Shown: piece by piece, positions 1-8,399 of the stretch
Layout of the letters: every line of letters begins with the position of its first letter
How positions within the stretch are numbered: the stretch's first letter is position 1
Translations under genes and position numbers: made by a program
Assembly: GCA_965652295.1 (NCBI GenBank)
Contig: CBFGTS010000001.1
Span: 256,001-320,000 of the forward strand
DNA length: 64,000 nt
Reading direction: 5' to 3'
DNA from: an uncultured Haloferula sp.
GTDB taxonomy: Bacteria > Verrucomicrobiota > Verrucomicrobiia > Verrucomicrobiales > Akkermansiaceae
Notes under the pieces: model-generated
The model's input: only the letters and a program-made list of their open reading frames with translations
Database searches by the model: none
Told to the model about the DNA's origin: nothing

Positions 1-413
1 GATTCATCGAGTTCGCGGAAGACGGACGTATCCCGGAAGAAGCTGGTGGTGCCGATCAGGAGCGCATTGACGGCGATCTGCAGCCGCTGGGGGTCGCCTG
101 CCACCACCTGGTCCGCCGCTTCCTGGTCTTTGACCCGCAGCGCTCGCAAACAGGCGGGGATGCGGCGGATGAGCGGCGTGATCCGATAGCCCTCCGCCCG
201 GATGCCGGCCAGGCGGAGCATGCGGCGGACGAAAGCGACGTCGGCCATCGGGTGCCGCTCCATTTCCTCGCCGGTGGGCACTCGGATCGGGCTGACGTGA
301 TGGATCGGCCCGGTATCCACTCCGGCCGTCCGCTGCGGACGGGGCGAAGGTGCGCCACGGAAGGAAATGCCGCGGAAGCGTGGATCGAGCGGCGGCTGTT
401 CCAAAGCAGTCAC
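1..413 (-). CDS. CheR-family methyltransferase, N-terminal part (runs off window start; absent from ORF track)
   Basis: Manual translation from GTG at 413 (GAGGAG just upstream): MTALEQPPLDPRFRG...YRITPLIRRIPACLRAL...AVNALLIGTTSFFRDTSVFRELDE. The LLIGTTSFFRD segment matches the CheR hallmark LTxxxTxFFRD. Confidence 0.7.
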   Translation of the reverse strand, partial: MTALEQPPLDPRFRGISFRGAPSPRPQRTAGVDTGPIHHVSPIRVPTGEEMERHPMADVAFVRRMLRLAGIRAEGYRITPLIRRIPACLRALRVKDQEAADQVVAGDPQRLQIAVNALLIGTTSFFRDTSVFRELDE

Positions 414-610
414 GTTCTCCTCGCCCCTGCCGGGTGAGGGCAGAGGGAGCGGAAGGGAGCTTTCCGGCCTGTGTTCGACGCGCACACGCTGTAGTAACGA
501 GCGCTGCGGGGCTTTGTCAAAACCCTCGCTCCAAGCCTGCAAATTGCAGCGGCGGGACGACGGATGCGGCGGAAAGCGGGGCAGAACGCCCTGTTGGAGG
601 ACCTCCTCGC

Positions 611-1078
611 TCAGCGAGTGGCGGTCTCCGTCTTTTGGCTTTCGGCGATCAGCTCCCGCAGCTTTTTCACCCAAGCCTCCGGGTCGTGACCGAACTCACC
701 GAGGTCCTCGGAGAGTTTTCGACCCTCGGCATCGAGCAACCAGACGGTGGGATAGCCGCCGGCGAGGTAGTCCTTCTTGAGCTGCTTGTTCTGCGTCTTC
801 AGTTCCGCCGGCTGTTCCGACTTCCGCGGGTAGTCCGCCTCCATCAGCACGAGGTGGTCTTTGGCGAAGTCACGGAAGGTGGCGGTTTCGAAGACGCTCT
901 TTTCCAGCTTGATGCACCACGTGCACCAGTCGGAGCCGGTCAACAGGAGGAGGATCGGCTTTTCCGAAGTTTTTGATTCGGCCTTGGCGGCGGCCCAGTC
1001 GGTCATCCAGCCATCCGCGGCGGTGGCTGGCACGGCAGCGAGCATCAGGCCGCAGGCGGCGAGCAGGAGAGCTTTCAT
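611..1078 (-). CDS. Secreted thioredoxin-fold protein (WCTWC)
   Basis: Signal peptide MKALLLAACGLMLAAVPATAA; TGSDWCxxC motif; GGYPT cis-Pro loop. Confidence 0.85.
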   Translation of the reverse strand: MKALLLAACGLMLAAVPATAADGWMTDWAAAKAESKTSEKPILLLLTGSDWCTWCIKLEKSVFETATFRDFAKDHLVLMEADYPRKSEQPAELKTQNKQLKKDYLAGGYPTVWLLDAEGRKLSEDLGEFGHDPEAWVKKLRELIAESQKTETATR

Positions 1079-1080
1079 GA

Positions 1081-1539
1081 TCAATCCAGCGCGGCGCGCT
1101 CCGAAACTTTGTCGAGGTGGGCCAGAAACTCATCCACCGAGGGGTATTCGGAGGCGTAGAACCGCGACAGTTCCTTGCCTCCGGCATTGAAGATGATGAC
1201 CGTCGGGAAACCCTCGATCTCGTATTTCTCGGCGTAGGGCTGGTGCTTTTTGGCGAGCGCCTCGTCGCCGCGCGGGAAATCCAGTTCGACCAGGATGAAA
1301 TCTTCCGACGCCTTGCTGACGAACTCGTCCTTGGTGAAGACGTTCTTGCGCATCATCTTGCAGGGCGGGCACCAGTCGGATCCGGTGAACTCGACGAGCA
1401 CCGCCTTGTCCTTGGCCTTCGCGTCCTTGAACGCCTGTTCGAGATCGGCCGTCCAGCCCTTGGGGATGTTCGCCAGCGCGGTGCTGACCATGGCGGAACC
1501 CGCGAGGGCAAAGGAGGCAAGGTAGGTGATCGCTTTCAT
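1081..1539 (-). CDS. Secreted thioredoxin-fold protein (WCPPC)
   Basis: Signal peptide; FTGSDWCPPC; EGFPT motif; paralogue of the adjacent gene. Confidence 0.85.
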   Translation of the reverse strand: MKAITYLASFALAGSAMVSTALANIPKGWTADLEQAFKDAKAKDKAVLVEFTGSDWCPPCKMMRKNVFTKDEFVSKASEDFILVELDFPRGDEALAKKHQPYAEKYEIEGFPTVIIFNAGGKELSRFYASEYPSVDEFLAHLDKVSERAALD

Positions 1540-1650
1540 CGGTCCATAGGCGTAGGCGAGGATCGGATTATTTCAAATTTCTAGCGACATCCGTTCAGAA
1601 CGGACCGCAGGGGCTTGCCGGCAAGGCGCAAACCGGGTGATCTGACCGCG

Positions 1651-2253
1651 ATGACGACGAGCAAACCCCGATTGGTGGTGGCGACGCGGAACGCGCACAA
1701 AACGGAGGAGATCCGCCAGATGGTCGGCGACCGCTACGAGGTCCTGAACGCGAACGATTTCCCCGATCTGCCCGAGGTGGAGGAAACAGGCACGACCTTT
1801 TTGGAAAACGCGACGCTCAAGGCGCTGGCGGTCAGCCGCGAGGTGGCGGGCCTGGTGCTTTCCGACGACTCGGGACTCGAAGTCGATGCCCTCGGCGGTC
1901 GCCCCGGCGTGTGGTCGAGCTCCTTTGGCGGCGAGGAGGGCAATCACGCCAGGAACAATGCCCGGATGGCGGAGGAAATGGCGGGGGTCGAGGACCGTGC
2001 GGCGCGTTTCCGCTGCGTGATGGTGCTGGCCCGGGATGGGCAGCCGCTTGCGGATTTCTCCGGCGCGGTCGAGGGCCGCATCCTGCCGGAGATGAGGGGG
2101 GAGGACGGATTCGGATACGATCCGTTTTTTGCCCCGGAAGGACACGATCAGAGCTTTGCCGAGCTCGGTCCGGAGGTGAAAAACCAGCTCAGCCACCGGG
2201 CGCGGGCGCTGGCACAAGTCGTGGAATTCCTCGACTCGCGACCAGATGCTTAA
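1651..2253 (+). CDS. rdgB: Non-canonical purine NTP pyrophosphatase (RdgB/HAM1)
   Basis: ATRNAHK, EETGTTFLENA, DDSGLEVDALGGRPG, GFGYDP and SHRARA motifs. Confidence 0.95.
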   Translation: MTTSKPRLVVATRNAHKTEEIRQMVGDRYEVLNANDFPDLPEVEETGTTFLENATLKALAVSREVAGLVLSDDSGLEVDALGGRPGVWSSSFGGEEGNHARNNARMAEEMAGVEDRAARFRCVMVLARDGQPLADFSGAVEGRILPEMRGEDGFGYDPFFAPEGHDQSFAELGPEVKNQLSHRARALAQVVEFLDSRPDA

Positions 2254-2304
2254 GTTTTAAAAACATTTTGAACTTTTTAACCAAATCGACTAAAAGCGGC
2301 AGCG

Positions 2305-2823
2305 ATGAAAGCTTTGAACGCGTCTGCGATGGCGGTTTTGTTCTTGTTGGCCTTGGTTTCCTGCGGCCGGCAGGTGAAAGCGCGGCATGAGGTGTCCTAT
2401 CATTTCGAGCGGGGCCGGACGGCTCTCCTGAGGAATGGTCTGGCGTATCCGCCGCCGGGAGCACCGGACGCGGTGAAACACGCGATCCAGGCTGGCAACC
2501 GCTTGCAGACGAAGCCGTACAAGTGGGGCGGCGGCCATGCGGTGCTGAACGACACCGGATACGATTGCTCCGGTTCGGTTTCGTACGTGCTGCGGGAAGC
2601 GGGCTTGATGAAAGGCCAGATGCCTTCGAGCGGATTTTTCAGCTACGGCAAGAAGGGGGCGGGCGACTGGATCACGGTCTATGTGCGCCATGGTCACGTT
2701 TTCATGACCGTCGCCGGTCTGCGGCTCGATACGGGCTACGGTGGAGGCCGTACCGGCCCTCGTTGGAAGCCGATGCCGCGGCCCTCCAGCGGCCACGTGA
2801 TGCGCCACCCGGCGGGCTACTGA
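2305..2823 (+). CDS. NlpC/P60-like cell-wall peptidase, probable lipoprotein
   Basis: Lipobox-like LVSC; PYKWGGGH, GYDCSGSVS catalytic Cys, GHVF catalytic His. Confidence 0.8.
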   Translation: MKALNASAMAVLFLLALVSCGRQVKARHEVSYHFERGRTALLRNGLAYPPPGAPDAVKHAIQAGNRLQTKPYKWGGGHAVLNDTGYDCSGSVSYVLREAGLMKGQMPSSGFFSYGKKGAGDWITVYVRHGHVFMTVAGLRLDTGYGGGRTGPRWKPMPRPSSGHVMRHPAGY

Positions 2824-3506
2824 GGGGACTCCGTCTCGCCCAAGAGATCCGGGCGGTTGGCGCGGGTGCGTTCGAGGGCCTGCTGCTTTTTCCACGCGAT
2901 GATCTTCGCGTGGTGGCCGGAGAGAAGTACGTCGGGGACCTTGAGGCCGCGGAAATCGGCCGGCTTGGTGTAGGCCGGAGCTTCGAGCAGGTTGGGATCG
3001 GAAAACGACTCGTCCTCCGGCGAGCGTTCGTCGCCGAGCGCGCCGGGCAGGAGGCGCACGATGGCGTCGGTGACGACGGCCGCGGCGATCGCGCCGTTGG
3101 TGAGGACGTAGTCGCCGATGGAGAGTTCGAGGTCGATGAGTTGCTCGATAACCCGGTGATCAACGCCTTCGTAGTGGCCGCAGACGATGAGCAGGTGGGT
3201 TTCCTCCGAAAGCTCCCGGGCGACGGCCTGCTTGAACGGTTTTCCCTGGGGGGTCATCAGGATGACCTTGGTTTCCGGGCGTTTGAGTTCTCCGATGGCA
3301 TCGAAAAGCGGGCCGGGAAGCAGGAGCATGCCTTGGCCGCCGCCGCAGAGGTAATCGTCGGTGCGGCGGTGCTTGTCCTTCGCCCAATCGCGGAGGTTAT
3401 GCGCGCGGATGGCGGCGATCCCCGCCTCTTGGGCGCGCTTGATGATGCTCTCGCCCAGCGGGGCGAGCGCGATTTCGGGGAAGAGGGTGAGGATGTCGAT
3501 TTCCAT
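2817..3506 (-). CDS. trmD: tRNA (guanine-N1)-methyltransferase
   Basis: MEIDILTLFPE start; CGHYEGVD, SIGDYVLTNG, VPDVLLSGHH. Confidence 0.95.
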   Translation of the reverse strand: MEIDILTLFPEIALAPLGESIIKRAQEAGIAAIRAHNLRDWAKDKHRRTDDYLCGGGQGMLLLPGPLFDAIGELKRPETKVILMTPQGKPFKQAVARELSEETHLLIVCGHYEGVDHRVIEQLIDLELSIGDYVLTNGAIAAAVVTDAIVRLLPGALGDERSPEDESFSDPNLLEAPAYTKPADFRGLKVPDVLLSGHHAKIIAWKKQQALERTRANRPDLLGETESPQ

Positions 3507-3564
3507 CGGGGAGAGCAGATTCAAATGGCGGCTTGCCGGACATGTCCAGCGGCTGCTCGGCAAG

Positions 3565-4773
3565 CTAGCGCTGGAAGAGAAGGAACAGAACTGCCAGGAC
3601 GATGAGCGAGAGCAGAACAACGAGGGCCACCTTCCACGGGGAAATCGGGAACTTGGCGTAGGTCTGGCCGGTGACGGCGTTGGCGGCTCCGTGGTAGGGT
3701 TTTCCTCGATACTGATAGGCGAGGATCCAGATGGGGCAGAGGATGTGCTTGAAGGTTTTGGCTGAATACTCCGGGTGGATGCGGAGGTTGCGGTAGGTGT
3801 CGCCGGGGACTTCGCGGCCGCACATTTCGCGCAGCAGTCCCTCCATGATGCCGAAACCGGTGCGGGCTCCTTGGAGAAGCGGGACCTGGTATTGCTCGAC
3901 GGCCCAGCCGGAGACGTAGCGGGTTTCGTAAGGTACGAGATCCTTTGTAGGAAAGGGTTCGAGGCGGCTGAGGATGCCGGGATCGAGGCCCTTGGAGGCG
4001 GTGACGAGGATGTCGTCGAACCAGGTGGAGACGTGGCCGCTGGCGGGCCGCCAGCGGATGCGGCGCTCCTGGCGGGTGACGGTGCGGCCCTGGGAGTCGC
4101 GGTCGGTGACGGTGACGTAGTAGTAGGTGCCGCTCTCGGCGGTCCAGGGGCACTCGGCGGCGCTGTCGAAGGTCCAGTAGGGGAGGTAAACGCCGTGGAT
4201 GCGATCGACGAGGTTGCGCTTCTTGAGGTCGCCCGGCGCGAACCACTTGGAGGCGAGGAACTGCTTCAGTGCATGGTAGGCCTGTTCCTTGGAAACGATG
4301 GCGGGGAGGAGCGATTCGGGGCGGACGGGTGCCTCGATTTCCTCGTAGTCGAGCATCTCGGGCGAGCCGCAGAAATCGCAGCTCTGGCCGACGTTGGCGG
4401 CATCGCGGGTGAGGACGGCATGGCAGTGGGTGCACTGGACCTTGCGTTCGGCGGTGCGGACGGTGGTGCCGGCCTCGCCGAGGCGGGCAAGCATGGCGTC
4501 GAGGTCGTGCTCGGTGATGTCCGGCAGCGGTGGCGGGGCGACGCGCTCGAACTCGGTGCCGCAGTAGGGGCAGACGAGCTTGCGTTTGCCGGGATCCCAT
4601 TCGCCCTTGCCGCCGCACTCGGGGCAGACGTGGCGTTCGAGCGAGCGCACCTCGGCCGCCGCTCCCCGGAGGTTCGGGAGCGGGGGCGGGATCTTGCGTT
4701 TTTCGACAACGAGGGGCGCGGTGGGTTCGTCCGCGTCTTCGGAGTCAGGGAAGGGTGGGGGCTCTGGGGCCAT
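3565..4773 (-). CDS. Double zinc-ribbon membrane protein (usual partner of SPFH/YdjI-type genes)
   Basis: Four CxxC pairs (CPECG, CPYCG, CTHCH, CDFCG); GVYLPYWTFD; C-terminal TM helix. Confidence 0.75.
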   Translation of the reverse strand: MAPEPPPFPDSEDADEPTAPLVVEKRKIPPPLPNLRGAAAEVRSLERHVCPECGGKGEWDPGKRKLVCPYCGTEFERVAPPPLPDITEHDLDAMLARLGEAGTTVRTAERKVQCTHCHAVLTRDAANVGQSCDFCGSPEMLDYEEIEAPVRPESLLPAIVSKEQAYHALKQFLASKWFAPGDLKKRNLVDRIHGVYLPYWTFDSAAECPWTAESGTYYYVTVTDRDSQGRTVTRQERRIRWRPASGHVSTWFDDILVTASKGLDPGILSRLEPFPTKDLVPYETRYVSGWAVEQYQVPLLQGARTGFGIMEGLLREMCGREVPGDTYRNLRIHPEYSAKTFKHILCPIWILAYQYRGKPYHGAANAVTGQTYAKFPISPWKVALVVLLSLIVLAVLFLLFQR

Positions 4774-4829
4774 GACGGGCTCGTGCGTTCATGACCGAGA
4801 CGGTCATGCCACTGGCAGGGGCGTGCCCT

Positions 4830-5900
4830 TTACTGGGCGAGGAACTCGTCGAGGGCGAAGCGGGTAATGCGGTGGACGGAGCCAATTTTTTTGGCGGGCA
4901 GGTTACCGGCTTCGATTTCGGCCATCACGTCGGCCTCGCTGACGCCGAGCATGCGGGCGACAGTGGCGGGGTCGAGAATGTCCGGGCTTTGCGCCACGGG
5001 TGCGGCGGCGGCACCGGGTTGGCCGGGCAGGGGAGGGGGGGAGCCGGCCATACCGGAGGATTTCATCATTTCCTGCGCCATGGCGAAACCGATGGCCATC
5101 TCGCTGGCCATGCCGGCGGCACCTCCGCCTTCGCCGGCGGCCATGCCCTGGCCCATCTGGTATTTGACGTAGTCGTTGAGGTTGCCGATCGCCGACATGG
5201 CGGAGCGTTTGTCGATGGCTTCCTCGACTTCGGGCGGGACGCTGACGTTCTCGACGATGAACGAGGCGACCTCGATGCCGTATTTGGTGGAAATGGCGGG
5301 GTTGATCAGCGGCAGCAGGGCGTCGCCGAGTTCCGAGTAACGGGTGGCGACGTCGAGAACCGGGACGTGGGCCTGGGCGAGGGCTTCGGAAAAGATGCTG
5401 ACGATGCGCGAGCGCATGGTGTCGGCGAACTCGTTGACCCGGAAATCGTGGTCGGAGCCGGCGACCTCCTTGAGGAAGGTCTGCACGTTGACGACCCGGA
5501 AATCGTAGGTGCCGAAGGCGCGGGCGCGGACGATGCCGAAGTCGGGATCGCGCAGCATGATGGGATTGGAGGTGCCCCATTTGTTGCCGGTGAACAGGCG
5601 GGTGTTGACGAAATAAACGTCGGCCTTGAAGGGCGATTGGAAGCCGTATTTCCAGCCCTTGAGGCGGGTCAGGACGGGAATGTTCTCCGTGGTCAGCGTG
5701 TGCTTGCCCGGCCCGAAGGTGTCGCCGAACTGGCCGAGGTAGACGAACTGGACGGTCTGGCTTTCGCGGCAGATGAGCTGGGCGCCGTTCTTGATCGCCT
5801 TGTCGTCGTCGGGGAAACGCCAGGCGATGGTGTCGCGCGAATCGTCCTGCCACTCGATGATTTCAAGCAGCTCGCCTTTGATGAAGTCCATGATGCCCAT
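4830..5900 (-). CDS. SPFH/band-7 (YdjI/virion-core-like) protein with C-terminal excisionase-type HTH
   Basis: IKNGAQLICRESQ, GPGKHTLTTENIP, SPFKADVYF, KWGTSNPI; C-terminal LDPATVARMLGVSEADV...LPAKKIG. Confidence 0.8.
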   Translation of the reverse strand: MGIMDFIKGELLEIIEWQDDSRDTIAWRFPDDDKAIKNGAQLICRESQTVQFVYLGQFGDTFGPGKHTLTTENIPVLTRLKGWKYGFQSPFKADVYFVNTRLFTGNKWGTSNPIMLRDPDFGIVRARAFGTYDFRVVNVQTFLKEVAGSDHDFRVNEFADTMRSRIVSIFSEALAQAHVPVLDVATRYSELGDALLPLINPAISTKYGIEVASFIVENVSVPPEVEEAIDKRSAMSAIGNLNDYVKYQMGQGMAAGEGGGAAGMASEMAIGFAMAQEMMKSSGMAGSPPPLPGQPGAAAAPVAQSPDILDPATVARMLGVSEADVMAEIEAGNLPAKKIGSVHRITRFALDEFLAQ

Positions 5901-5952
5901 AGTCGTGATCGGTTGAGGTTGTCGGCATCTTTCGCTGTCGGGCGCGGGTGGG

Positions 5953-5967
5953 GCAATGAGAAATCCA
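5953..5967 (-). promoter_or_regulatory. Candidate sigma54 -24/-12 promoter for the SPFH operon
   Basis: Minus strand TGGATTTCTCATTGC (GG-N10-GC with TTGC). Confidence 0.35.
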
Positions 5968-6104
5968 CCGTGGAACGCGGTGTGCGGGAAAGCCATGGAG
6001 CCCGTTTCGTGCAGAGTGAGGAAGCGTAGGTGGCGTGAAGGAGGCGATGAATGCCCGAATGTGATTTACTATGTTAGGAAACGTTGCTTTCCTCCGTGGG
6101 CAAA

Positions 6105-6848
6105 ATGAAGACGATCTCCAAATTCGCTGGGACGCTCGCCGTGCTGCTATGGGTCGGAGCGGCAGCCGTGGCACAGGATGTCATGGAACTCACCGACAAA
6201 AACGGAGCCGGCATCAAGGTGAAGGTGGAAGCCTGCGACGGAGTTCAGGTGGAGGTGACGCGGGTGACGGACAGCAAGGCATTTACCATTCCCCTGAGCC
6301 GTCTCGACGAGGCATCGGTCAAGCAGCTTCAAACCTGGCAGGCGAAGGGCGGGGGCTTGATCAAGCGTCTGGACATCGATGTCAGCACCGGCAAGACCAC
6401 CCGTAACAAGGCGGGGGACGACTTCGACGACAAGCGGGTAAACCTGGATCCGGTGGTGACGCTGAGCAACCCGCATTTGTCGATGAGGTCCTGCTCCTGC
6501 AAGATGACCGTGGTGTTCTATGGCCGGCCGATCGTCGATCGGAGCGCGATGCACATTTTCAAAACGGCCACCTTCGATGTGCCGGAACTCGGCCCCGGCG
6601 AGGCGAAGGAATTCAAGGTGGGCAAGATCTCCTCGGCCTACGACAACCGTGGCTATGCGAAATTCGGTGCCCGGTACGGCGGCTATGCCGTGGTCGTGCA
6701 TGACCCTGCGGGGGAATTCACCTACTCGTCGAAGTCCGTTCCCTCAGCGCTCGTCGAGGGACAGGAGCTGCTCTTTCTGAAGCTCAAGACGGGAAAGGAC
6801 TACGACAAGAGTTTCGAAGAGCTCGACCTGCCGCGCTACGAATACTAA
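6105..6848 (+). CDS. Secreted hypothetical protein with SHD1-like N-terminal domain
   Basis: Signal peptide; LTDKNG...FTIPLSRLDEAS pattern typical of SHD1-like domains. Confidence 0.6.
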   Translation: MKTISKFAGTLAVLLWVGAAAVAQDVMELTDKNGAGIKVKVEACDGVQVEVTRVTDSKAFTIPLSRLDEASVKQLQTWQAKGGGLIKRLDIDVSTGKTTRNKAGDDFDDKRVNLDPVVTLSNPHLSMRSCSCKMTVVFYGRPIVDRSAMHIFKTATFDVPELGPGEAKEFKVGKISSAYDNRGYAKFGARYGGYAVVVHDPAGEFTYSSKSVPSALVEGQELLFLKLKTGKDYDKSFEELDLPRYEY

Positions 6849-6871
6849 CGAAGCGTCACCGGCGGCGAGGT

Positions 6872-8365
6872 TCAGCGTTTCATGGAGCCGGTGGCGAGGA
6901 ATCGCCGGTGGAACTCGAAGGCCATCTGGAGGCTCTGCGGCGTGTGCCCCTGCATCACGCCGTGGAGGTAGGCGTCGAGTTCCTCGCGATAGTCGGGATG
7001 CACGCAGTGGGCGATGATTTCCTCGCCGCGCTCGGTCGGATCCTTGCCGCGGAGGTCGGCGATGCCCTGCTCGGTGATGACGACCTGCACGCTGTGCTCG
7101 CTGTGGTCCATGTGGCTGACGAGCGGGACGATCGTGCTGATGTCGCCGCCCTTGGCGATGGACGGGCAGGTGAAGATGGAGATGAAGGCGTTGCGGGTGA
7201 AATCGCCGGAGCCGCCGATGCCGTTCATGAGGTCGTTGCCCATGAGGTGGGTCGAGTTGACGTTGCCGAAGATGTCGATCTCGATGGCGGTGTTGATGGA
7301 GATGATCCCGAGACGGCGAATGAGCTCGGGGTTGTTGGAGATTTCCTGAGGCCTCAGGACGATGCGGTCCTTGAAGTAGTCGAGATTGGCATAGACTTCG
7401 GAAAGCACCGGCGGACTGAGCGTCAGGGAAGTGCCGCTGGCGAAGGTGATGTCGCCCTTTTCCATGAGGGCGATGACGGAATCCTGCACGACTTCCGAGA
7501 AGAGCTGAAAGGGCGGGATGTCGGGGTGGGAACCCATGGCACCGAGGACGGCGTTGGCGATGTTGCCGACGCCGGATTGGATGGGCAGGAACTCGGGTGG
7601 AATTCGGCCGGCGCGGAGTTCGTTGGCGAGGAAGGTGGCGACGTTCTCGCCGATCTTCTTGGTGGTTTCGTCGGGTTCCTTGAAGGGTGCGACCTCGTCG
7701 GGAATGTTGGTGCGGACGATGCCGATGATCTTCCGTGGATCGACACGGACGGAGCGGCTGCCGATGCGGTCGTGCGCGGCGGTCATCGGGATCGGCAGGC
7801 GGTGTGGTGGATCGTAAGGTTCGTAGATGTCGTGGATTCCGCGCAGGCCGACGGGGTGGAACTCGTTGAGTTCGACCAGGATCTTGTCGGCCATGTGGCA
7901 GAAGGTCGGAGCCGCGCCGACGGAGGTGGTGAGGACGATCTGGCCGTCGGCGGTGACGTCGCAGGCTTCGACGATGGCGAGGTGGAACTTGCCGAGAAAG
8001 CCGTAGCGGACGTTCTGCGGCAGCACCGAGAGGTGCATGTCGAAGAAATGGGTTTTCCCCTCGTTGATGGATTTCCGCAGGGATTTGTCGGATTGGTAGG
8101 GTGTGCGCCACGAGATCGCCTCGGCGCGGGCGAGTTCGCCATCCAGTGAATCGCCGGTCGAAGCCCCGGTGACCACGCCGACCTTGAACTCGCGGCCTGC
8201 GGCGTGTTCCACCCGGGCGCGGGCGGCGATAGCCTTCGGGATGGCTTTGGCGGCACCGGCGGGGGTGAAGCCGCTGAAGCCGATGGTCATGCCGTTCTCG
8301 ACATGGGCTGCCGCTTCCTCGGGTGTTAGTTCGGGGAAGGTCCGGGGCGTGAATGGGTGGGTCAT
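6872..8365 (-). CDS. Succinate CoA-transferase (acetyl-CoA hydrolase/transferase family; ScpC-like)
   Basis: SGFTPAG, TGASTG, QSGVGNIANAV, SEVVQD, MNGIGGSGDF, VSHMDH motifs; cluster context. Confidence 0.9.
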   Translation of the reverse strand: MTHPFTPRTFPELTPEEAAAHVENGMTIGFSGFTPAGAAKAIPKAIAARARVEHAAGREFKVGVVTGASTGDSLDGELARAEAISWRTPYQSDKSLRKSINEGKTHFFDMHLSVLPQNVRYGFLGKFHLAIVEACDVTADGQIVLTTSVGAAPTFCHMADKILVELNEFHPVGLRGIHDIYEPYDPPHRLPIPMTAAHDRIGSRSVRVDPRKIIGIVRTNIPDEVAPFKEPDETTKKIGENVATFLANELRAGRIPPEFLPIQSGVGNIANAVLGAMGSHPDIPPFQLFSEVVQDSVIALMEKGDITFASGTSLTLSPPVLSEVYANLDYFKDRIVLRPQEISNNPELIRRLGIISINTAIEIDIFGNVNSTHLMGNDLMNGIGGSGDFTRNAFISIFTCPSIAKGGDISTIVPLVSHMDHSEHSVQVVITEQGIADLRGKDPTERGEEIIAHCVHPDYREELDAYLHGVMQGHTPQSLQMAFEFHRRFLATGSMKR

Positions 8366-8399
8366 GGCGGGTGGGCGTGTGTGGGTTTCTACTGGATCT

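Noticed and set aside
4815..4829. GG-N10-GC match upstream of the Zn-ribbon gene
   Set aside because: The GGCAC register gives the wrong spacing and the site is inside an apparent operon; expected by chance at this GC.
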